From a virus (lineage: Duplodnaviria > Caudoviricetes), in IMG/VR virus record IMGVR_UViG_3300037590_000132, positions 1 to 54,419 of that record: a stretch of DNA of 54,419 nucleotides, one strand, 5' to 3'. Numbering within the stretch: the first letter of the stretch is position 1; each line of letters begins with the position of its first letter. Both the position numbers and the translations under genes were made by a program. Positions 37,907 through 46,247 of this stretch are shown here, in pieces. The notes beneath the pieces are model-generated. The model saw only the letters and a list, made by a program, of their open reading frames with translations. It made no database searches and was not told the DNA's origin.

Positions 37907-38516
37907 GTGTCACCGCCTCTGAGGGTGAGTCAGGCTTGGTGGCGAACCATGCAACGAAGCAAATCACGAGAAGAAAAAGGTAAATCGGAATCCAGCCAGT
38001 TGCTAAAGCGAACGAATATATTCCGCAAGCCAAAATCAACCTGTTGAAGGTATAGACGGAGTAGCCAAGAGCGTAACGACCATCGCTCAGTACTTGGGCG
38101 TCACTCATGCGGTCAATGAAAAACAAAGCAAAAGTAACTACAAAGCAGCAAATGAACGACGCGGTCAATATCAACATGGCGATCTTTGCCGGGTGCACGC
38201 CAGCAAATCGTTCGAGCCACGTGTTCACTGTGACAGTAGGTTTTCTGGGACGATCAGCAACGACAACTTCTTCGAGGTTGACAGAATGATCCACCGGCGG
38301 AGGACCATCAACAGGCAGCGGCGATTGTGTTTCAAACACGTTCAGGATCTTTTTGATCCTTTCCGCCCGAACCCATTTTCCATGGGTTTCAACGGAATGA
38401 AAGACAACGTGCGATCGCGAAAGACTGCCAGATTCCGCCATGTTCGCGAGCTCGTCCAGCGACAGCGGCCCATTGGTTTCGCCATCGCCGACACTGTAGT
38501 ACCAACTTGCGGCCAC
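37896..38516 (-). CDS. GYF_2 (DUF4339) membrane protein
   Basis: Paralogous N-terminus WYYSVGDGET.GPLSL.EL, followed by TM helices. Confidence 0.8.
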   Translation of the reverse strand: MAASWYYSVGDGETNGPLSLDELANMAESGSLSRSHVVFHSVETHGKWVRAERIKKILNVFETQSPLPVDGPPPVDHSVNLEEVVVADRPRKPTVTVNTWLERFAGVHPAKIAMLILTASFICCFVVTFALFFIDRMSDAQVLSDGRYALGYSVYTFNRLILACGIYSFALATGWIPIYLFLLVICFVAWFATKPDSPSEAVTRGR

Positions 38517-38519
38517 GTG

Positions 38520-38993
38520 TCACCCCTGCTTGCGTTTGCGGCTCGCTGTCGAGCGATTGCCCGCAGCCTTTGAACGAGTCGACTTCTTCCGTGATGCTGA
38601 TTCTACGCCCGATTCCGTGCTCTGTCGTCGTCTTTCACTGTCTTCGTCGATCTGAGCAACTTGGACACCCGGGATATCTGGAAGAGGCTTCTTTTTAGCG
38701 TGACCACCGTTGCGGATGAATTCATCATTTTCGTCAAGTTGCTGGCCAGGTGGGAAAACAATTCCACGGCGAGCGTTTGTAACGGAAACCTTCAGTTTTG
38801 GCTGAAAAGATGCGAGACCCTTCATCGCTTTATCAAACATGCTTTTGTTGAATGCAGAAAGCACGAGACCAGATTTCTCTTCCCAATCGATGGCGTCATC
38901 TACCGATGAAAGTGCTTCCACGAGCAAATCTCGCATCTTTTGAAGCTCACCGAGTGAGTATTCGTTCGTAACTGCTGGGTCGCGGCGTTTCAT
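38520..38993 (-). CDS. Hypothetical protein in the repressor position
   Basis: First gene of the leftward arm; no recognisable HTH or S24 domain. Confidence 0.55.
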   Translation of the reverse strand: MKRRDPAVTNEYSLGELQKMRDLLVEALSSVDDAIDWEEKSGLVLSAFNKSMFDKAMKGLASFQPKLKVSVTNARRGIVFPPGQQLDENDEFIRNGGHAKKKPLPDIPGVQVAQIDEDSERRRQSTESGVESASRKKSTRSKAAGNRSTASRKRKQG

Positions 38994-39174
38994 TCAGAAA
39001 GCCTAACCGCACGACCGCACGCATTCAAGCTAAATCTGGTTTTTTTAAGGCTAGTCCAGGAAAGCACTTGCGTTCGACGTGAGCCAAAAAAGGCTAAATC
39101 AAGCTTGATTTAGCCTAGATGGAGCCGTAGATTTCCGCACGTCGTCACACAAACACGACCGCACGGAAAAACGG
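38994..39174. promoter_or_regulatory. Divergent control region with an operator-like palindrome
   Basis: Perfect 26-bp palindrome AGGCTAAATCAAGCTTGATTTAGCCT at 39091-39116; direct repeat CACGACCGCACG at 39010 and 39154. Confidence 0.7.
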
Positions 39175-39477
39175 ATGCCACATCTCTCACGCAAACGACC
39201 ACCTGCTCAAACGATCCCTATCGATTGGGACGTGTTCACCGATTGCAAGCAGCGAACCTGCACTCACGGCATCGACTTCACCGGCGATCGCGAAACGTTT
39301 CGCAACCGAGCTCGCAACGCCGCTCGACGGCGAGGGTTTAAGGCTCAGACGTGGAGCGAGGGTGACGACATGATCGTTTTGTTTTCGAAGCCCATCCCCA
39401 AAAGAAGGCCGAAAGCGAAACCTAGTTCACCGTCCGCTTCCAAACCGAAGCGTCCGCGAACGTCTGTCAAAGGTTGA
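39175..39477 (+). CDS. Small basic protein, possibly DNA-binding (Cro position)
   Basis: First rightward ORF; FR..AR.AARRRG. Confidence 0.55.
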   Translation: MPHLSRKRPPAQTIPIDWDVFTDCKQRTCTHGIDFTGDRETFRNRARNAARRRGFKAQTWSEGDDMIVLFSKPIPKRRPKAKPSSPSASKPKRPRTSVKG

Positions 39478-39548
39478 ACACCACTCTTTGTGTTTTCTGG
39501 CTCGCTGTGGTGGCGGGCCAGCAAACACGCCAACGAAAGCGTTTCGAA

Positions 39549-39920
39549 ATGAAAAATCTCCTGCGATTCCTTCGATTCAATCACAGCAAACCCAAACGCC
39601 CCGAAAGGCCGGACTGCGATCCGGTTGTTGTCCAAGTCATCGGCGGACGACTGCTTTGCAAAAGCGACATGCAGAACCTCGCTTATATCCGACTGATGGG
39701 CCGCTACCACCACGAGCGAATGGAAGCGTTCGCTGCAGAGGTGTGCAAAGTGATGGGCATCGAATCGGACTCTGAAACGATCGAACGCGATTGGTGCGAC
39801 GAGGTCGTTTTCCATGGCCAAAGCGAGAAGTTCGCGATTGAGCAGATCAACAACTACCGGCTCGACATCATCAACAACCAACAAGCGGACGAAGACGTTC
39901 GCCAAGTCCCAAACGCCTGA
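39549..39920 (+). CDS. Hypothetical protein
   Basis: ORF within the operon. Confidence 0.55.
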   Translation: MKNLLRFLRFNHSKPKRPERPDCDPVVVQVIGGRLLCKSDMQNLAYIRLMGRYHHERMEAFAAEVCKVMGIESDSETIERDWCDEVVFHGQSEKFAIEQINNYRLDIINNQQADEDVRQVPNA

Positions 39921-39934
39921 GAGGTCACTGCGTC

Positions 39935-40705
39935 GTGATAGTTTTTGACATTGAAACTGGACCAATGCCGCTGGGCGACATCCAGAAGGTGCTGCCTCCG
40001 TTTGATCGCGATTCGATTGAAAGCCCTGGCGTTTTCGATCCCGAGTCCGTCAAGGTCGGCAACCTGAAGGATCAGGACAAGATCAACGAGAAGATCGAAT
40101 CAGCCCGCAAGGCCCACACCGATCGATGTGCGAAGTTTCAGTACGAATTGGAAGCTGCCGAATCGAAGCATTGGTCGGACATCACCGACAAAGCCGCGTT
40201 GTCGGCTGTCACTGGACAAGTCGTCGCGATTGGGTACTTGGGCAAAAAGGAAACGATCCACGTTGCCATCGATGGGGTCAGCGAACGGGCGTTGTTGGCT
40301 CAGTTTTGGAAGACGTATCAAGTCGCTCGAAAAACGAACCGGCCAATGGTTGGGTTCAACATCAAAGCCTTCGATGTCCCGTTTCTGGCTCAACGATCGT
40401 GGTCGCTGGGCATTGAAGTTCCTCCATCGATCCTGACGCCAACGTGTTACTTGGATTCGATGTTTGTGGACTTGATGGACCGCTGGAAATGCGGCGTTCG
40501 CGGTTGGGGCCAATCCGGACATGGAACGCTCGACGCTGTTTGCAAATCCTGTGGGCTGTCATCCAAACCTAGTGACTGCACCGGTGCCCAGTTTGCCGGA
40601 ATGTTGTGGTCCGACGAGCCGGGGCAGCGTGAATCTGCAATCGGCTATCTGGAAAACGACCTGAGGATGACGGCCGAATTGGCTGAACGACTCGGCGTTT
40701 CCTGA
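39935..40705 (+). CDS. DnaQ/RNase H-like 3'-5' exonuclease
   Basis: FDIET, GFNIKAFDVPFL, YLEND. Confidence 0.85.
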   Translation: MIVFDIETGPMPLGDIQKVLPPFDRDSIESPGVFDPESVKVGNLKDQDKINEKIESARKAHTDRCAKFQYELEAAESKHWSDITDKAALSAVTGQVVAIGYLGKKETIHVAIDGVSERALLAQFWKTYQVARKTNRPMVGFNIKAFDVPFLAQRSWSLGIEVPPSILTPTCYLDSMFVDLMDRWKCGVRGWGQSGHGTLDAVCKSCGLSSKPSDCTGAQFAGMLWSDEPGQRESAIGYLENDLRMTAELAERLGVS

Positions 40706-40746
40706 TCGCGAATTTACCTTCACTTCCTCTTTCAAAAGCTCTTGCC

Positions 40747-41730
40747 ATGAAGACGTATGAACAACTTGCATCGAACATCGATGCGATCGAAAAAATGGGC
40801 AACTGGATTGTCAAATCGCAAATGTTTGGTTGCGGGTCACCGGAACAAGGCTGCGTGATCGCGATGGATTGCTTCATCACGGGAATTCCGATCATGGAAT
40901 ACCAGAAGCGAAACATGTTGGTTTCCGGCAACCCATCAATCCCGTATGACGCGATGATCGCAGCGTTCCAAGAAGCCGGCGGGAAAATCAAGGTGATTGA
41001 GAAATCGCCAGAAGCAGCCCGCATCGAACTGACCTACGACGGATCGACCACGCCATTCGAAATGACGTGGGAACAAGCATCGAAGGAACCTCTGCCATAC
41101 AACGGCAAGGAAAAAGACATCGTTGCGATGCTGCAAGCTGGCAAGAAGCCGCCGTTGAAAAGCAAATACGCGACTCCTAGAAGTCGTGCGGTGATGATGT
41201 ACGCCCGGGTGGTCTCCGATGGAATTCGAACGGTAGCGGCATCGGTCAACTTTGGCCGGTACACACCCGAAGAGATCAGCGACTTTGATGAGCTCCAACC
41301 CGAGGCTTCACAGTCCATGACTGGGGGCGTTGGTACGGCGGCGGTTCAGCCTGGCAAGAGTGTTCCGTCGTCGTCCACGTCTCCGTCCGTCACGTCTTCT
41401 GCAACTGCCACTGAAGCGACACCGGCGACCGCGACCGAAACGACCGCCACGCAAGCTGAAACGGTCAGCATGCACGTCACTGACCCAGCGACCGAAGATC
41501 AGAAGAAGCGTGTCATTGGGTTGATGGGCGAATTGGTCCAGATGGGCGTTCGCGACATCGGCGACCGGGTCAAGAACAAGCTCACCGAATCTGGAATCCA
41601 GGGCGGTGTCTTGGGTCTGACCTATGCCGAAGCTGACGCATTGATCAACGCACTGGCAGCCAAAAACCTCGACGTTTGGTGCGAACTGGCGTTGCAGGGT
41701 CACGCGGCTGCTACGGCGGGAAACGGCTAG
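40747..41730 (+). CDS. RecT-like single-strand annealing protein
   Basis: G.P.I..DAM.A.FQ.AGG...PR..M..AR..S.G.R pattern, next to an exonuclease. Ends at a GGGAAAC slippery site. Confidence 0.5.
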   Translation: MKTYEQLASNIDAIEKMGNWIVKSQMFGCGSPEQGCVIAMDCFITGIPIMEYQKRNMLVSGNPSIPYDAMIAAFQEAGGKIKVIEKSPEAARIELTYDGSTTPFEMTWEQASKEPLPYNGKEKDIVAMLQAGKKPPLKSKYATPRSRAVMMYARVVSDGIRTVAASVNFGRYTPEEISDFDELQPEASQSMTGGVGTAAVQPGKSVPSSSTSPSVTSSATATEATPATATETTATQAETVSMHVTDPATEDQKKRVIGLMGELVQMGVRDIGDRVKNKLTESGIQGGVLGLTYAEADALINALAAKNLDVWCELALQGHAAATAGNG

Positions 41731-41906
41731 CGGCGTCGCCGGCGGAACAGCTCCGCGACGCCCCTCAGTACATCCAGGGATTGGTTCAGCGATTCGGTGC
41801 CGACCGAGTCTGGAACGCTGGGCTGTCCCTCCTTGGGGTCCCTCCTAGTTGGGCACCCTCACTCGAAGATTCACTCCTCATTTCTCGTTACCTCAACTCC
41901 AACTGA
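41718..41906 (+). CDS. -1 frameshift extension of the RecT-like protein
   Basis: In-frame G GGA AAC, an 8-bp GC stem 7 nt downstream, and a -1 frame open to 41906. Confidence 0.65.
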   Translation, partial: GKRLAASPAEQLRDAPQYIQGLVQRFGADRVWNAGLSLLGVPPSWAPSLEDSLLISRYLNSN

Positions 41907-41916
41907 AGAAATCGTC

Positions 41917-42516
41917 ATGCGAAAGACTCAACGAACAATCGATCCTTCTGATCTTGCTGGTGGCACTGGTTTGCAAACAGAAGGCAAGTTTCATTTCATT
42001 GTCATTGGGATTACCGATGGAAAAGAAACCCCATCCAGTTTTCTCAATGGCCTATTCGTCAAACTCAAGGTTGTTCACGGTGAACACAAAGACGAAACCT
42101 TCAACCTTGATTTGCTCGATGGCAAAATGGATAGCAAGGACGGTGGCGAATTTGCATACAAAAAACAAATTGCGTTCTTGATCGCGGCCAATGTGTTGAG
42201 CATCGAACAAGCTTCGGTTGTTGACGCAGAGTACGACGAACAAGCTTCTGTTGGTTCGCAAGTCATCGCCGAATTGCGTTTGGGCCGCGAAGCATCAGAT
42301 GGCAAGCGATATCTCGAATTGCATTACGCCAATGTCTACCACGTGGATGATCCTCGTGCTGACAGTGTACCGAAGTGTGCAGAAACTCTGGCGTGCATTC
42401 CCGCATCGATGCGTCACGATGCGAATTGGTTTGATCCGATTTTGGGTCGGCGAAAACCAAAGACTTCTAGCTCGCCAGCCACAGCCGAAGCCGCTCCCAA
42501 CTTCGAAGGCATCTGA
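41917..42516 (+). CDS. Putative SSB-like (DUF669-like) protein
   Basis: EGKFHF.V...V.L.V..G beta pattern; follows the annealing protein. Confidence 0.4.
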   Translation: MRKTQRTIDPSDLAGGTGLQTEGKFHFIVIGITDGKETPSSFLNGLFVKLKVVHGEHKDETFNLDLLDGKMDSKDGGEFAYKKQIAFLIAANVLSIEQASVVDAEYDEQASVGSQVIAELRLGREASDGKRYLELHYANVYHVDDPRADSVPKCAETLACIPASMRHDANWFDPILGRRKPKTSSSPATAEAAPNFEGI

Positions 42517-42567
42517 TCGACACACCGCTGACGGCGTCTTGCTGTCAGCCGCGGCGAAAGCCGCATG

Positions 42568-42640
42568 CGGCCACTAGCTCAATTGGTAGAGCGTTCGTTT
42601 TTGCCGGCGAAAGATGTTGTTTCAAAAGCAACGTGGCCGA
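42568..42640 (+). tRNA. tRNA-like element/pseudo-tRNA with an 8-nt anticodon loop
   Basis: CGGCCAC/GTGGCCG acceptor, TAGCTCAATTGGTAGAGC D arm, loop TTTTGCCG, T arm GTTGT-TTCAAAA-GCAAC. Confidence 0.7.
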
Positions 42641-42678
42641 TTTTCTCGCGTCCTCCCATTCCATTCAAATCTCTTGCC

Positions 42679-42960
42679 ATGCAGATGCTTCAACCCACCG
42701 AAGAACCGCGGAAAACGCGAGACGCGATGATCATCACCAAGATGATCGCTGACTTCGCAGACGTCGCCGACGAACTGGGCAATCTGCTGGAGCCGTTTCA
42801 TTTCGCAATGGCTGGCAACGCGATGCTCTCCGCGGAACTGGAAGCGATGGCGAAGGAGTCAACGGGCGATCAAAAGAAAGAACTGGAACGCCTGTATGAC
42901 TTGGCAGATCAGATTGCCGACCAGTTAGTGGTGATCCGACACGGGAGCGATCAAGAATGA
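42679..42960 (+). CDS. Hypothetical helical protein
   Basis: ORF after the tRNA-like element, ATGA-coupled to the helicase gene. Confidence 0.6.
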   Translation: MQMLQPTEEPRKTRDAMIITKMIADFADVADELGNLLEPFHFAMAGNAMLSAELEAMAKESTGDQKKELERLYDLADQIADQLVVIRHGSDQE

Positions 42961-45707
42961 GTCGTTCTATCGAATTGACCGCCAAGTACTTGGGCGAACG
43001 CTTTCGTTTCGACAATCCTGATGGGACTCGCGTCATCATCGGCTCCGCGATGGTTGCTGGCGGTTCAAAGTCATTGCTCACTGAATCAGGGCTGGATCCA
43101 AATTCCCCGATCACGATCAAAGGTGAAGCCGACGAAAGCGACCTGCAACACAACGCCACGTATCGATTCTTTGGTCACTGGAATTCTTACCTGAACCGAC
43201 GATCCGGACAGCGGGAAAAACAGTTTCATTTCCGAACGCTGGTTCCGCACATCCCACACGACGAAGACGGCGTCATCGACTACCTGGCCGTCGCCGGCCG
43301 TGGCAACGGAATCGGTCCCAGCAAAGCCAAGAAGCTGGTTCAGCACTTCGGCCTGGAAGAGGTTTTGGAAATCTGCCGAACACGGCCAAGCGACGTGAAA
43401 TGGGTTGCCAACATCCGGACCGATCAGGCACGATCGTTTGCGGAAAAGCTGGCATCACAGAAGGCGACCGAATCGGCCACCTTGGAAGTCGACAAGCTGT
43501 TCACCGGCCATGGGTTCCCGAAATCACTGGTTCGCCGAGTGATCAAAACATGGGGAAACAAAGCCGCTGAAACCATCACAGACGATCCTTACTCACTGAT
43601 GCAGTTTCGCGGTGTTGGATTCGCCAAGGCTGACAAACTGCACATCTCGTTGGGCAAAGACCCTGCATCGATCGACCGCCAAGCGTTGTGCTTGTGGTAC
43701 TCGATGGCGATGGATGCGGAAGGACACACTTGGCATCCCGCTCAGAAATGCGTCTCCCGCCTTCAACAGTTGATCGGTGGAACAAAAGTCGACTATCGAG
43801 GTGCGATTCTTCGCGGTCGCGAATACGGGCAACTCGACGAAAACCACTACGGTGCCATCGCGTCCATTCGATCGCAAACGATTGATGGGCCCGTCACCGA
43901 AACGGAAACTCCGGGCAGTGTGTTGTGGTTGGCCGAAGGCAAATACGCCGCTGCGGAAAAGTATGTTGCCGAAGCGATCGCATCCGCGATGACCGAATCG
44001 ACGGCTGGACGAATGACCCGGTACAGAAGCGTCGAATCATTCGAGTCGGTCGTTTTGAAACATGCGACCTGTCATCGATGTCGCCAACAACTGACGGCAC
44101 CAATGGTTCATGTTTTGGACGGGCAACCATACGGGCCAACCTGTATCGGTCACGTCGACCCGTCGGGGACCGCTGAGGTTCACAACCTGGATGATTGGCT
44201 TTCGCTCAACCCAAAGGTGTACCGATACGTCCACGAACAACCATCGGGAATCATTGACTTGCCCGATGTGTCGCTCTGGCCTGATCCGTCATCGCTCGAA
44301 ATCATGATGGACGGCCGCAACGTCATCAGCGAACATCAGCGAACAGCAGCTGCCAACGCAATGGCATCCAGGATTGGAATCCTCACCGGATCACCTGGAA
44401 CGGGCAAAACGACACTCCTTGCGTCGATCATCAAAGCCATCCACCGGACCGGACGCGTCGGCTTGCATCAAATCGGTATCGGTGCACCGACCGGCAAAGC
44501 CGCCGTCCGGCTGACCGAATCGCTTGCCGCTGCTGGCGTCAACGTCAGGGCTCGTACCTGGCATTCGCTGCTTGGAGTCGGTGCCGGCGAGGAAATCGAT
44601 GGCGAACATGTCGAGTTCAAACACAACGCGACCAACCCATGGCCATTTCGGATCATCTTCGGCGATGAAACGTCGATGCCACCGATCAACATCATGGCTG
44701 CGATCTTTCGAGCTCGTGCTCCAGGGACTCACATCATGTTCGTTGGTGACCCGAACCAACTGCCACCAGTCGGCAACGGAGCTCCGTTTCGCGACATGAT
44801 CGCGGCGGGACTGCCAACGGGTGAACTGCGGGAAATCAAACGTAACTCTGGCGGCATCGTCGAAGCCTGTGCTGCTATCCGAGATGAACGACCATGGACC
44901 GATGACGTAGCCGGATTCGCCAAGAATTCGGACTCGGCATCTTCAAGCAACCTGACGTTCACTGGCGATCGCACGCCCACCGAACAAATCCGGTCGATGC
45001 TTTCGATCATCGATGGGTGCAGATCGTTCGCTGATCCGATCTGGGACATCCAGGTGTTGACGGCTGTCAACAAACGATCGGAACTGTCACGAACCAAACT
45101 GAACGAGATCCTGCAGGATGCATTGAACCCATCACCCAAGGTCGCTGGGACACCGTTCCGCGAAAACGACAAAGTGGTGTGCCTGAAGAATGGGTTCTAC
45201 AAATCAATCCTCGACATCGCCGGTTCGGACGACGACTACGAAACCACCGAAGACGGCGAAGTCTACGTTGCCAACGGTGAACTGGGCCGGATTGATTCCA
45301 TCCAAGACAAGACGCTGTCGGTGCGACTGGAAAGCCCCCTGCGGCTGATCCAGGTTCCCCGCGGCAAGCAATCACAAGCAACGGGCGAAGGCTCCGACGA
45401 CAAAGAGGATTCATCATCGACCGGCTGCCAATGGGATCTTGGCTACGCCTTGTCCGTGCACAAATTCCAGGGTTCTGAGCAGAAGATCATCATCGGCATC
45501 CTGGATGGTTACGCCGGTGCCCGCATGGTTTGCGATCGAGCCTGGCTGTACACGCTGATCAGTCGAGCCCGAGAGTATTGCTACTTGGTCGGCACCACCG
45601 ATCTCGCCAACCGAATGTGCAAAGTCCAGAAGATGGACAGTCGCAAGACGTTCTTGGCCAACCGTATTCACTTGGCATCTTTTGAAAAGGAAATGGTGGG
45701 GTTGTGA
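42957..45707 (+). CDS. RecD2-like SF1B helicase with a zinc-finger insertion
   Basis: HhH motifs; GSPGTGKTT, APTGKAA, DETSM, GDPNQLPPVG, SVHKFQGSE; CHRC...YGPTC insert. Confidence 0.9.
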   Translation: MSRSIELTAKYLGERFRFDNPDGTRVIIGSAMVAGGSKSLLTESGLDPNSPITIKGEADESDLQHNATYRFFGHWNSYLNRRSGQREKQFHFRTLVPHIPHDEDGVIDYLAVAGRGNGIGPSKAKKLVQHFGLEEVLEICRTRPSDVKWVANIRTDQARSFAEKLASQKATESATLEVDKLFTGHGFPKSLVRRVIKTWGNKAAETITDDPYSLMQFRGVGFAKADKLHISLGKDPASIDRQALCLWYSMAMDAEGHTWHPAQKCVSRLQQLIGGTKVDYRGAILRGREYGQLDENHYGAIASIRSQTIDGPVTETETPGSVLWLAEGKYAAAEKYVAEAIASAMTESTAGRMTRYRSVESFESVVLKHATCHRCRQQLTAPMVHVLDGQPYGPTCIGHVDPSGTAEVHNLDDWLSLNPKVYRYVHEQPSGIIDLPDVSLWPDPSSLEIMMDGRNVISEHQRTAAANAMASRIGILTGSPGTGKTTLLASIIKAIHRTGRVGLHQIGIGAPTGKAAVRLTESLAAAGVNVRARTWHSLLGVGAGEEIDGEHVEFKHNATNPWPFRIIFGDETSMPPINIMAAIFRARAPGTHIMFVGDPNQLPPVGNGAPFRDMIAAGLPTGELREIKRNSGGIVEACAAIRDERPWTDDVAGFAKNSDSASSSNLTFTGDRTPTEQIRSMLSIIDGCRSFADPIWDIQVLTAVNKRSELSRTKLNEILQDALNPSPKVAGTPFRENDKVVCLKNGFYKSILDIAGSDDDYETTEDGEVYVANGELGRIDSIQDKTLSVRLESPLRLIQVPRGKQSQATGEGSDDKEDSSSTGCQWDLGYALSVHKFQGSEQKIIIGILDGYAGARMVCDRAWLYTLISRAREYCYLVGTTDLANRMCKVQKMDSRKTFLANRIHLASFEKEMVGL

Positions 45708-45914
45708 AAAACAATACGGGAATGACCAGCGACCTGCTTGGTCGTCTTATCGCTCCGGATTTGCTCGATGAAAACGACCAAGCCTGTTTTTGGTCTGGTG
45801 TGTGTGACGATCGTCGGTGCAGCCACTTTGCGACGCACCCATTCATGACTACCACCGCCTAGATAGACAATCTGTCAGGTCATCCTAATCATCACCGAAC
45901 CCGCTGAAGAAACA

Positions 45915-46247
45915 ATGTCGAGCACGCTTCTCCCAGAACACCTTGGCCAGATCCTTGAACAAACGGACAGAAGACCAGACGAGCTTTCGGAGTGGATGAT
46001 GGTGATGCGAGCGTTCGTAGACGCCAGATTTGGAACGGAAACAACTGCTGAGTACGACGGAAAAGGTGAAGTTTGCTTAACAGTATTCAGAGACGTTGGT
46101 GTCGCAAAGTTCGAAATGCTTGACATCGCAAGGTTCGTATTGTCGACCAACTCTCCGTTTGTTGATGAAGTGATATCCGGCGTTACTATTCACGAGAAAC
46201 ATGCAGTTTCTGTTTCCATTGACGATGTCAGGGGCGAACAAGAATGA
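45915..46247 (+). CDS. Hypothetical protein
   Basis: ATGA-coupled to the next gene. Confidence 0.55.
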   Translation: MSSTLLPEHLGQILEQTDRRPDELSEWMMVMRAFVDARFGTETTAEYDGKGEVCLTVFRDVGVAKFEMLDIARFVLSTNSPFVDEVISGVTIHEKHAVSVSIDDVRGEQE

